A stretch of 63,045 bases of DNA, filler included, from Sluysia triapertura (Eukaryota), in the NCBI GenBank assembly GCA_046118255.1. It is 5 parts of 5 records of this genome, joined end to end, with 100 filler letters (N's around TTAATTAATTAA, not from the genome) between each part and the next. Parts side by side here need not be neighbours in the genome. Positions count along the whole stretch, not along the records: positions 25,280 to 36,526 come from JBJNIA010186802.1; positions 36,627 to 50,824 come from JBJNIA010003891.1; 3 more parts are not named here. One strand, 5' to 3'. Numbering within the stretch: position 1 is the first letter of the stretch; each line of letters starts with the position of its first letter. Under the pieces are notes generated by a model. The model was given only the letters and a program-made list of their open reading frames with translations, was not told where the DNA came from and made no database searches. Shown here one piece after another: positions 26,216 to 39,672 of the stretch. The position numbers and the translations under genes are program-made.

Positions 26216-27879
26216 TTTTGTTAGAGATGAGTTTATTATAACATACGGTTTAATTAACACATTTTGATATCGACATAAATGTAGTGTCGCGAGTGGTTCT
26301 TCTGGTTTAGGTAGCAATATTTCTGAAAATACATCGACAAAGGAAAAAATGTAACTAATACTAATTTAAAAACACGCTCGAACTCGTTAGACCAATCTGG
26401 ATTAACTGGAACGTTGAAGAAACGAAATACAAAGCGAAATCCCTAAATTTATCTGATGTTTGTGTTCGTAAACCGCAAAAGATATATGAAGAATGGTGAG
26501 TGACCTTGAAAGTGAAAACATTTTGGTCAAATGCGAATGTGGAGATGGATATAAAGAAATTTCAAGAAATGTCTAACATTATTGAACCTTCTCAATTAAG
26601 TATTATGTTAAACAGTTCAACAAATATCAGTACTATTAGTTCAAATGAATCATCATAACCATCAACACAAACCACCTCGAAAACTTCTACAAAAACATTA
26701 ATTTATCTACTACAGACAAATCGGATTCTTTTATTGAAACTTCAAGTAAGAATAAAATTTAAACAGAATCCACACAACCAACATTATTTCGTTCGGCAAC
26801 TCAACAACTTCTACATCCATCACCACTTTAACGAGAAACCAAGACCACAATCAATACTCAACAGTCAAGCATGGGAAGGTAATGCAAAATTAAAAGAATT
26901 ATCAAATCCTTGTAAAATACCAGCAAGCAGTGTTCAAAATAATCAAAATCAATTTTCATATAATTACATTTATTCTCAATATTATCAACATTGAATGATA
27001 TGATGTCGGTACCTGAAATTATAAAAATAAGTAGATACAAAACTAATATTAATTTAGTTATAATTATTTTGTTATGATTATAATTATTTTGTTATGATTA
27101 TAATTATTTCAATAGTATAATTATTTGGTAAACTGCATTTTAAAAAAATCGATAATATATAATCTACAAAATATATTTAATCGTCATTTATGACAATTTA
27201 ATAAATTTGTTTAATCGTCAACATTCAAATTTTCAATCACGGTTAACCAATTAGACGACCTCATTCTAGTTTTACTCCTGAACTTGAAGTAAAACGGTTT
27301 CGCTCGATTGATGCTAGAATAGAACATGAAGGCATATTAAAAAAGAAGTCAAAATATGATACAATTGAAAAGTATAGGCTAGAAAATACGCGATCATCAA
27401 ATTATGTATGTCTAGTTCAAGGTATGGACTTAGTTATGTGTTTTATATTATGCTTTTACTTGTATTTAATCTTAATAAAAAATACGTTAAATTGTTTAAT
27501 ATTTTTGTTCAAAAATTTTAGAATTGAGTTTAAAAAGTTTTAAAGTTAACATGTTTTTACAATTAAAATTATATATATATATATCTTAAAAGTAAAATTT
27601 CGTTAATGTTTCACAATAAATTTTTGTTTACTTTTATGATAAATATAACTTTCTCTCACTAAAATAACTTAAAGTTTTTTTTATTCTTTTATTGACATTC
27701 TACTTTTATCTTTATCATTGCGCAATTAATCATCATCAATACGAAAAGTTTTTCATTGTAGCGGCATGAATTTAATTAACTTTAGTTGGTGAAATAACAT
27801 GACAATAATTATTATGATAATAATATTAATAATACTTGTGGTGGTCAACCCAATAATTTGAAATTTTATAGCAATAAAA

Positions 27880-28600
27880 TATAACAAATCACTCTTCAGA
27901 ATATTTCATAATTGGTATTACCTTCAAATATTTCAAACATAAAATTTCACAACATCAAAATCATAATCAAAATCGCAAGTCATCAAATATATTTAAAAAA
28001 TTAATTCAAAACATCGTTAATTTAATTTAACACATCGCACATAAAATCATATTTTATATCATCTAACCGTTTTTTTCATCAAAACCTTTTTCATGTTTTA
28101 TTTCCTTCACATCCACTAAAACTTTATTCCAACCTTTTCAAAACATTCCTATTTTATTACCTTATAACATTAGAATCACAATTTACATCTTAAATTATCA
28201 AATTTACAACTTAAAAATTCAATCCAAAATATTTCAAGTTTACAGTCCTCAACATTCATTACCTAATATTGAAAACATTAAATCAACATTAAATCATGTT
28301 TAGACATTGCAATCAAATTGTTACTTTTTAACATTTTTAGTTACGCATTATTTCCTTTAAACATTTTCCTATCAACTCCTTAAACACATTACATAGTTTA
28401 CTAATCACCGAATAAGGTCCTCTTCAAAAGAATCTGAATATAATTTTATTTTAAATCATTTTTCAAGGAACTTAAATGTCTGGAAACAGAATAAATTAAA
28501 GAAAGATCGTGTTTAGAGGATATTAAAGAGATTTATGTTTTTATTCTTATTTAATTTTAATTATTACTATTTAATTATTATCATGTTAGTAGCAATAATT
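27880..28600 (+). repeat. About 700-bp dispersed G-poor repeat, copy B
   Basis: CACTCTTCAGAAT...AAACATAAAATTTCACAAC shared with copy C; other blocks shared with copy A. Confidence 0.7.
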
Positions 28601-30688
28601 TAACATTAACATTGAACACATCTAGGTAACTGCCAGTGATTGATAGTTTTAATTAAACAAAACTGCGTCGATAGTATTTACTGTCAACTGCTGACAGCCG
28701 GATAATTTGATTGTATACCACTATTTCGTTAGTACTGTCTCTATACCTTCATTGTTTGTCCAACCAGAATTAATATTTTTATTAATGCCTCTCGTTCTGA
28801 TTGAACGGCCAATGACAGTTAATGAGTACAAATCGCAAGTGTTAAAAATAAAAACAAAATAAAACAACACACTTACTGTTGACAAGTGATTGAAAAGATC
28901 ATTAAGTTAATAAAACTTAAAAGTGAAAAGTAAAAAATTGAAATAATAAATAAATAATAAATAATAAATAAATAATAATAAATAACAAATTCGCTCTTTG
29001 CCTTCAAGTTGTATGTTAAAATTAGTAGACAAACAAAATGCAAAACAAGATGAAGTAAGAAAATTCTCTGAAATATCTCATGACTTTCAAATAAAACGAT
29101 TCGATAAATGCTTCAATTTATATCGTGATGAAAATAGATGGAAATATACGTGTCCCTATTGATGTGGACTCGTATGTGATCACAAATAAAATTATATCAT
29201 TAGTGAAAGACATGACAAAAGTAATAACAAAGACTGACAATTTAAAACGTTACTATAGTAACAACATATTTTCGCGTAAAAATTTAGTCTGTTGCCTATC
29301 ACTGCAAACATTATAAACATGGTTTATGTCTGTATGGAAGAATAAAGAATGGTGAGTGTTCCAGATACTTTATCTATGGTCCCGAAGCTTTTGAAATTAG
29401 GGATCTTTTTATTTTAACATCGAATATCAATGATCATCATCGTAGGATCATTGCCTTACTATTAAGTGTGACATCATCACCATTAGACTTTAAAGTAATA
29501 TTAGTTTTACTTTTACTCACTCTTACTCAGAAAATGATTAAACCATGGCAAAATTTAAATACAAATATCAAAAATTTTTGTAAGATAAATCAATTATGTG
29601 TTCATTTTTGCATTTGTTTAGTAATTAATAAAGTTGAGATTAATTTAATTAAATGTGGTAACATTTTTATAGTGCAGAATTTTCTTATGCTATTAAATAT
29701 AAATAAATTAGTTCAATTAATAAATTTATCTAAATGTAACAATTTTGAGTTAAATTTAAATATAATGTATAATAACACAATATGATTACAATACTAATAA
29801 TGATGAAAATAATAAACTTGTAAACAACTCACATTGTAGAATAATATGCAGCTTCTTTTCTGTTTTGCTTAGAATTAAACTTTACTTTGATGATAAATGA
29901 GTTTTATACTTCTTTTTTAATACAAACTTTCATATTTTTAATATATCCTTTTATCAGATATTAATTTTAATGCAATCTTTAATTTTATATGTAAGAATAA
30001 TGACAAATATTATAACGTTGGAAGTGCTGCAACTCTTTAGTTATTTAGTCTATTAAATTGGCTTGTGTATTTTACATTCTGATTCATAATATTTCTAAAT
30101 TTTCGTCGTTATTAGCTACAGATGATTTAAAGATGTATGGATAATGTGATGGGGAATAATTTCTAAGATTTGTTTTGTTGAAATGTTATGAAATATGACT
30201 ACTAAGATAATTGGTTACAATGGTGGATGTTGTGTTTTTTTGATTTCGGTTCAACACTTCAGAAATTGAATGTTGTATTTATGTGGAGATGAATATTTTG
30301 TGAGAGTTTTGGGTGTTAGGCTGAACTCGAGATCGCCTATAATTAGAAACTTATGTTAAGCGCTTGGCTCGATTATAGGATTTATATTAAGAAAAGTTTT
30401 TTCTCAACTGCGTCTTTCGATTACACATGGTCTTTTATTAATGTACTAGTTTACTAGAGATAATGCTTGTTTTTTTAGAACGTAATCTCTATATAACTTA
30501 ATTCAAAATGAGTATCTTTAAACAATGTATTTATTTATTTGATTTTATTTCTTTGTTTACTATTTTATACAAAAATACATAAGTTGTTTAATTAGTCAAC
30601 AATAATTGGTAACTAATGCAGTTATTATGTAAATATGAGTACAATTTTTGATACAAATGAAAATATAAAATGTTTACATATATAATAG

Positions 30689-30743
<55 letters not shown>

Positions 30744-31794
30744 TAATGTAATTTAATTTATATTTTACTGTATCCTTAAAATACCTGTACTTTATGCTTA
30801 CGTAAGTAAGCTAAACATATTAAATGAAAAACTAACGGAATTACAACTAAACACAACACGAAAAATAAAATTTGGAATTAAATATTATTGACAATTTTCT
30901 AGGATTTTCATGATAAAAGAGTTCTCATAGATAATTGTAATCCGTTTCAAAAATTTGTATAAAATTTCATTATAAATAATGTTTCTATTAATAAAGGTTT
31001 CTTTATTGGTTTAATATTGTTGTATTGTAATTCTCAATTATTCTCTTTTTAGACAACTAAGATTATTATAATTGGCTAATATTATTGTACTTCAAATACT
31101 AAAACATTAATATTATATTATAATACTAAAGTACTAAAACTTATTTTTTCGAAGAAATTTATTAATATTTTCTTTAAAATTTAAAATATTTCTTTTGTTT
31201 AAGTTATTTTAAGGAAACAATCGTCAAAAGTATCATTGTCAAAAACAATGTATTAATAATCTATAAAAATAATTTAAAGACTATATGTATACGTAATAAA
31301 CTTATGGATTATGAAATTACAAAAATTGTTTACATAATCAAACTTACAATTTTGTTACACCAATTTGCACATTAATATCACTTTATATTATTTCGATGTA
31401 TCAAATACAAAACCATAACATCATTTTTCCAATATGTGTAATTTAGAAAGAATCTCGTTATCATCTTAAATATTTTATTACTAATTCATTAAATTACTAA
31501 CCTTGTCATAAACAATACGAATATGAATCAGTTTATATCATCTTCATTACGTACCTTAGACTATAAATCAGAACAATGTAAAAACACAATACTTTACAAT
31601 CTCTCATTAACTTTGCGCTTTCTTATAACTAATTTTAGACATCATGCTCTGTTTATTTGAATATGATACTTTCAATGCATCTATAACACGTATACTCGAA
31701 AGATATTTACTTTTGTCATGTCTTATTATTTCCAAATGATATTCGTGATTTACGTAACATAATTAAATATAGTTAAAAAGTGATAATAAATTAA

Positions 31795-31894
31795 AATAAT
31801 ATTAATATTAAAATAAATATAATTTTAATTATAATAACAATAATATTAATATTAAAATAAATATAATTTTAATTATAATAACAATAATATTAAT
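31795..31894. repeat. 44-bp tandem repeat, about 2.3 units
   Basis: AATAATATTAATATTAAAATAAATATAATTTTAATTATAATAAC repeated. Confidence 0.85.
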
Positions 31895-34634
31895 AAATAT
31901 AATACTAATAAATATCAGTATAATAAAAAGAATGATAATTTATTACTATCATCATCCTCATCCTCATCCTCATCCTCATCTTATTCGTCATTGCACGTAC
32001 TAATACACCTAAGTCAATTTACAGTTAAATTACAGTTCATTGATGTCACACGATATCAATACCAGAATTTTGTCACGTTTTATACCTTTTGTTACTAAAC
32101 CTTTTTATTTTACATTTTATATCAAAGGTTTTTTTGTTAGAGTTTGAAAATTGAGGTCAAATAAAGTTTAAACCTGTTAAAACTCATTATTTATCAAATA
32201 ATGGCTACAGAAGCAGATTTAAGTTTAATCAATGCACTTACTAATGTTGAGCTTCAAAACGTGATTGAGATGGAGTCAGAAATCCTTGTTACCGATTGTA
32301 AATCCGGATATTTATTTAAAAGATGTTCATATATTTAATTTAAAATGTTTCAAAAGATTTTTGAATGAAACCGATGAGAGAGTACAGTATTTAATGTAAA
32401 ATTTTGTATTTTATAATTTCGGCCATTTTGGTTAATAGTTCTGTTTGAAGAACGTACTTCCAATACAACTAAATAAGGATTCATCATTCGTCGTTTAATT
32501 TTTAATAATCATGACATTGCCAGAGTTATAGTATGTTGTCCTAATTATCTATTACTAAAGAGAAATAGAGTGATATCAGTACATTTGTCAATCAAGGTGT
32601 GCTGATGAGACATGGTTCTCCCTGTTGGACGATTCAGCTTTAATTTAATATATTAGTTTAAACAATATTTTAATTTTGATACTACTAAATACACGATATT
32701 GTGCTTGATTAGTAATGTCTTATTCAATTTCAATAATAAAACAAAAAATCGCTTCGACAGATATTAACAATCCCTTTTTAATACAGTCCATTAATCAAAC
32801 CCAAGATGATCCGATTTAAAGGTTCGACAATCAATTACCGTTGTACGAATCCAATTTTAAATAACACATTGTGAAAACTTTGTGTTCTAAATTTCTGTCT
32901 ACTGTTTTTCTACTATTTGTGTCTGCGGTGGAAAAAACACCATATATAGTATTTTTCACGAGTAACCTTAATAAGGCCAGAAATTTATTAATGATTTCTT
33001 ACAAATAAATTTATTTCTATAGTTAATCTCACCGTTTGGCTAACTTTTGCTCTAATGAGATACATTTGTTTTTAATATAATAGTTATTCACATTTGTGGT
33101 GGTCCAATCTTTTACTCAAAATTTTATACACCAATTTAACAAAAACATCACGCACTACAATGAACCAAACTCTGTATTAAATCAACAAACATTTAAACCG
33201 TTCAACACATAAATCATTAAACTTTAAAATAACATTATAAAAGAATAAATTGATATGATAATTAAATTTCTCCAGAAGTTATATTGTTATACAAACTATA
33301 ATGAAATTGTAACTCACTACTTTCCATCAATCTTATGATTTTCAAATAACATCCAACGGTAAACAATGTGACTACTATGGTTCATAAAATAAATGAAAAG
33401 ATTGTAATGCGAAAATCTACAATTCAAGAAGAACGTAAAGAACATTTAAAAGAGTGTGAAGAATTACTAAATGAAATTCAAAACAATGGCCTTGAACAAA
33501 TAAGTAATAACAATGAATTATTTTCTATTCCAATTGAAGAAAACAAAGAAATTATTAAACTTAAAGATGAAAATATCAATAAATTAACTAATGAAAATTT
33601 AGATAGCCAAAACATACTAAAGAATTGTCTAATGTAATCGAACATTTACAGAAACAATTACAAATCATTACTAATAATTCATCAGAATCACAAAAAATAC
33701 CCAAGAGAAAACTCACTAATTAGGAACATTTCTTAATATAAATCAAGAACAACAAGATCGATCACGATTTTCTCAAAAAATCGATGAATTAAATAAAGAA
33801 TTAAACATAAAATTCAGCAATATAAACATAAGACATAACAAAAAACTTCAAGCAGTGTGCACTGAAAAATACAGCTATGTTATTACAATGGAAAAAGAAG
33901 CATCCAATTAGATCAATTTGTTCTATGCAGAACGTTTAGAAGCTTCCAAACCAAGATTAGACGTTTGATTCAAGAATAAAAAAAAGAAAAAATAAAGATT
34001 ATGAAATAATTGAATTGTCAATTATAATTCAAGAATGAGAAAAAGATTACACAGGAGAATTGGATACGATGGATTTGAGGAAGAAGCAGTTATAAATTAA
34101 ATATAGTAAAGTTTTAGATGACAAGAAGATTGAACGTGAATTGTAAAAGCTTCAAATATAAATGGCTATTAATACTAAAAGATAGAGCCATTAAAGATTG
34201 CACAAAGATCGACTAAATGTTGAAGAGTGTTGAAAATGATGCTCCACATTTCAAATTATTAGAAGTCATCGAAATAGTGCTCATAGTCACTACGAAAAGA
34301 AAGTCAGTTAAAGGAAGCTGTTGACGACCTATGTTAAGCGTTTTATGTATTTTTGTTAATAATTAAAACAATAATTATAAAGATAAATGTTTAAAATAAT
34401 AATAATAAATATAATACATCTAGATAACCAAACATAATTAATTAATAAAAGCGAAAGTGGCTGTCAAAAGTACAAATTTGTAATATCTATGTTGCTGAAT
34501 CCAATCAAATGTGAATTTGCTACCTCAAAAGTTCACTGACTCAAAAATAAATTAAAAAGTAAATCAAATTGAAAATTCTTCTCAAGTTATAAAGTGCAAA
34601 GTAAAATTAATAAAACAGAAATTTAAAGTTTTCG

Positions 34635-34770
34635 AATGATTATGAAATAAATCAAGCAATTATTGATGCACTATCAGATGGTTTAAAATTCATCCCAGAA
34701 GTAGTTGTCTAATATTATGTTTGCGTGTGAAAGTTACATGTTGCGAAAGACTTTCATAAACTACACTTAA
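34635..34770 (+). mobile_element. Possible MULE transposase fragment
   Basis: DYEINQAIIDAL...FIPE...C...LHVAKDFHKL loosely fits the MULE D..A..NA...FP...CxxH region; contains stops. Confidence 0.3.
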
Positions 34771-35271
34771 TAAGAATTCTAATTTTTGTAATTTTAAAAC
34801 ATTAAAACATTTTTATTATAAAAGTAAAGTGGTTTCGGGACAAAAAGAATTATTGATCAGTACAAAATCTTTGAAAGATAATGTAATAATTGAGTACTAC
34901 ATATCAGACGAAGACGAATCTGAATTTGAAAAAGATATAAATCGATCATGCACGCCAAAACTTTATTTGAAAGAAAGCATATTAGATGAATATAGCACGA
35001 AATAAAAGTAAAGATGACTTTGAGGACAAAGAAGATCCAAATGAAGTGAAATTTAATCTCAGATGTCAGGTCATTATGAATATTATGAAAAATTCGAAAT
35101 ATCCTTAAGTGGATTCAAAGCGAAATTTGAAATACCAAATACTCCTCTTCTCGCTTTACTTCAAGAGATGATAAATCTATCAATTGTTATTATGTAAACA
35201 GTACTACACTATCAATAAACATGTTCTGTCCAAGCACAACAAAATTTTAAATTTTGTATATACCTTCATGC

Positions 35272-35326
<55 letters not shown>

Positions 35327-36269
35327 ATTAGGATTGTTCTTCCCCGAAAAATAATATTAAGCTATGTCGTAATCCATTATGAAATAAATGTATCAATAAA
35401 ATCTTAAATAATAAAATTTTGAGTTTAATTAGTAATAAAAATTAATAATTAATAATGATAATTAAGACTTGAATTAATATTTTATCGAAGTATAAATCGA
35501 AATTAATTTTGTTGATGAATTTAAAAAATAATAAGTTACTAAACGTTTTCCATCATTATCACAAACTTTCTACAATTTCCAGTTGTTTTCAGAGGCATGC
35601 GAATTAATGTACCAATCTTATTTTATACCGATCATTCAACAAGATGTCTTCTGAAACCTTCATTAGTCTTTTAAACTCTATTTAATTCCTTTCCATTCAT
35701 CTGTCCTTCTGCATACATAAATACTCTGAATATACATAATTGGTATGAGACCAGAATATTACAATATAAAAAGGACGATAAAATATTATCACCATATAAA
35801 CGTACAATTACATCTTTGTCAATATACAAATGTTTTATTATAAACGGCTCCCAATGACTACATATAAATGTAATCGGTGCCACATAACCTCAAATAAATC
35901 GTTCCACACATCAATATAGTTCTATAATATAGTTCTGCCTGTTGAAAATTTCAATAGTAAATTTACATCCGCTTTAATTTCTGTATTGGTTTATTGTATA
36001 TACATTATATGTATTTTATTTAAACATATATTTAGATTACTATTAGTTATAATATATATATATATATATATAAAACTACATATTTACACACTATTTTTAT
36101 CTTTAATTGATTATTTTTTGAATTTCATAAGCCAAGTATTTATTTAAGAAATAACATTGGTAAAATATTTATCAATATTTCATTTCGTAAAATAAATAAG
36201 TTATATAAAATCTTGTAATTAATGTTGAGACAGCAATTCCAGTCACCCTGAAATTGTGAAACTATAAGA

Positions 36270-36310
<41 letters not shown>

Positions 36311-36460
36311 TAATAATACTAATAATAAAAATAATAATAATAATAAAAATATTAGAAAACAAAATTTTAAAAAAATATAAAAATAATTTCTTGGATTAAT
36401 TATTATGGAAAAACTACTACTGATTCTAAATTATTATAAAAATAAATAATAATAATAATA

Positions 36461-36491
<31 letters not shown>

Positions 36492-36749
36492 CAAAAAATA
36501 AAATAAATATATTCATTAATCTATAANNNNNNNNNNNNNNNNNNNNNNNNNNNNNNNNNNNNNNNNNNNNTTAATTAATTAANNNNNNNNNNNNNNNNNN
36601 NNNNNNNNNNNNNNNNNNNNNNNNNNACTAATTGTTTTAAAATTAAAATTCGATTTTTTCGTGTTAATTAAATTGTTAAACTTTTTAAATAAAAAATTAA
36701 AAATAAACAAAAATATTAATAGTTTATTTAAATTAAATTACTTAATGTC

Positions 36750-37085
36750 CTCCACATTGTCAATTATAATTCTTTTAAATTTGATATCACATTATTCTCT
36801 CTATTCTGCTTAATCTTTGATCGAGAATAATAATACATTTTAATTACACACTAGTTTTATTCAATCTCAATTTATTATAAATATAAATTTAATTTTAATT
36901 GGATTTTATGTTCTTGAAGTTTGATTTCATATTGTCTTTATGGAATCTCACTTTAAAATGATTATTTATTTATTCATCTTGATGATGATTTTAATTTTAT
37001 TTAAAATAATTTTAAGAATTTAAAGAATAAATTTAAATTAAATAGATTGGATTTTAAAATTTTGAAGAATAAATGAACATTTCTT
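36750..37085 (+). repeat. Dispersed repeat, inverted partner of 50000-50395
   Basis: Blocks such as GTTTTATTCAATCTCA, TTTATGTTCTT and TTTAAAATGATTATTTATTTA recur collinearly as reverse complements at 50000-50395. Confidence 0.75.
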
Positions 37086-38289
37086 ACAATTGCTTATTAT
37101 TGCAAATAATTTTATCTTTAAATAGTCCCAGTGAAATATAAATTGAGATGAAGTTGGGTTACTTTAGAATCCATATAGTGGTCAAAAGTGCATTTGAAGT
37201 TCATATAAATAGTTAAACCACTGACATTCGTGGAATGTTTTTCGTGGTTATTTTGCATGGTGTACTTATTTTAAATTTATAAAATGTACTTAAACCAAAG
37301 ATACTAATTTTAAATTTGCTATCAGCAAGAATTTTCTGCACGTTTTTTATTGGAGAATAAGATTTTTAAAGTTTATTATTTTGAATTACCGCTTTCAAAT
37401 TTTGCAAAAAACATAACTAAAATCTAATTAATGAAAATTTCTTGATAACAAAATGTAAATGACAAATGTTTATTACACGACAAAAATTCAACACTATTGA
37501 AATAAAATTTAACACTATAACAAAAATTACACTAATGAAATAAGTGAAAGCCACTATTAATGCTTTATTATTTTAGTTTTTAGTTTTTTTTCTAATTCAA
37601 TATCTCATATTATAATAATTTTATAATAATTATAATAATAATAATTTTATAATAATAATAATTTTATAATAATTTTCAAATATTCAAAATCTTATTGTTC
37701 AATTCTGCTTTAAATCTTCAGATTTTCTTTAAATAATCTTCTTAAAAATTCTTAAAATTTTGCTGAACGTATCGTATTTTTTGTGGGCATTACTTATTTT
37801 TACTCTTATTTGGCCAATTTCTCTCGTGCAATAGTTAATCTAATTATACATTCTCTATAATAAATTTACATCTGCCTTTATTGTATTCTGCAATATAATT
37901 ATTATAGTATAGAATTTTTCTAATTCTTTATACATTTTTAACAGAATTTTATACTAAGGCTTCATTTGAATTGCCGTTTAACTAACCTATTTTGTTATGT
38001 AAATAATTGTTTATTTTGAAAAGTATTAATAAATTAATAATAATTATAATGGCCGTAGGGTATTCGATTTAGTAATATGGATTAAATTGTAATGATTTAA
38101 AAATTTATTAATACTTAAATTAAAAAGAAAACGGGACTTAAGGTGTTGGATTAAACCATTTAAAATAACGATCATTAGGGAACTGCAATTTATTAAAATT
38201 TTATCTAAAACTTAAAAATAATAACTATAATTATACAAATAAAAGACAATAATTGAAACGATCATGTATTGAAGCGACAAAACGGATAA

Positions 38290-39080
38290 AAAGGTAAAAA
38301 TAACTAAAACCAGTCAACTCGAATGGAGTTTCGAACTGACTACAAATAAAAACATGCCATTTAAAAGGTTCTTGACTAGCTTGAGATATATTGCAAGCAA
38401 TTTGTACTGGGGAATCGCCATTTTCATCCATTGAAGTAAATCTCCATCCATAAGCAAAAATTTGATTGTTCGTAGTCGATTGTAATAGCGTAGTCTGTCG
38501 AATTGGATAGATAGCGTTCGGGCGAACTCCCAGAGTTAATAGATAACGACTAGTTTCTAGAAATCCACTTCTGACTCTGGCATGTAACTGTTCATTAAGA
38601 TCTTCAACAGATATAGTTTGCAGTTTTCTAAAATAAAGATCATCAACACATCAAATCGATTTTATAAAGACGTGTTCGATATGATTGATTTGATTTACTA
38701 AATTTTGATTTTTTAAAATTTCTTTCATAATTATCATTTTCTGTATTTAAATAATTTATTATTGTATCAACGCTTTCTCTCAAACTATCATTACAATTTA
38801 GATACTGTGATTCTTCTACTGTTTTCTTTATAGACGTGCTTGTGCATACATCAGGACCTTTCATTTTTTAATGAAATATATCAACAGCATTAGCTGAATT
38901 AACTTGATAAGAAATATTCTTTTTGTCATATTGAGTTTTACGCCATTTTGATTTAATTATATATTTAATTCGACTCGTAAGAAGTCCTGATTGGCGATGG
39001 ACACTACTACAATTTTCGCATAACATTAATACAAGTTGAAAGTGCGACACATCACAGCAAAATTTGACATCGTCTTGCAT
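38290..39080 (-). pseudogene. GIT: GIT-family ArfGAP (ArfGAP domain plus ankyrin repeats) N-terminal fragment, intronless, disabled
   Basis: LCENCSSVHRQSGLLTSRIKYIIKSKW (ArfGAP finger, first CxxC broken), then DLNEQLHARVRSGFLETSRYLLTLGVRPN and MDENGDSPVQIA...FELTGFSYFYL matching GIT ankyrin and post-ankyrin motifs; stop near 38868 and frameshift near 38650. Confidence 0.78.
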
Positions 39081-39593
39081 AGTTTGTGTAAATTTTGTAT
39101 GAGGAAACTTCAGATAAACTTATCGCTTGATAAAAATTTCTCAATTATTTTGAAATTCGCGTACATAAGGTAAATTTTAAAAATTTTCAAACATTTTAAA
39201 AAAATTTACAAAAAAGTGGGATATTTCAACAAAAAAACTTATTTTTACAAAACATAAATCACATAAACTTTTCTGTTATACATTATCTTTAAAACCTTTT
39301 ACATTTTCAAAATATAAATGTTTACGTAATAAATTAAAATTTCAGACGTGATGCCAAGGAGAACAAAGAAAGCCATATCAGCAAGAAGAACTATAATTAA
39401 TTTATAAATAATAAAACTTTTATATGTTAATGATTTAATAACGTGAATTTTTTAAGTTGAGCGAGACATGATGATGTTATAAGGTGGATCAAATGTTTAT
39501 GAATGGGTTTGAAGTAAATTGTATTTATACTTATGTCTGTTTATTAATGGGTGTATTAACACCAAAAGCGATGTGTACGGGTGTGACACTACA

Positions 39594-39672
<79 letters not shown>

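Noticed and set aside
32598-32640. Hammerhead-like CTGATGA followed by a hairpin
   Set aside because: The required GAAA is absent (GGAC) and I found no convincing stems I and III.
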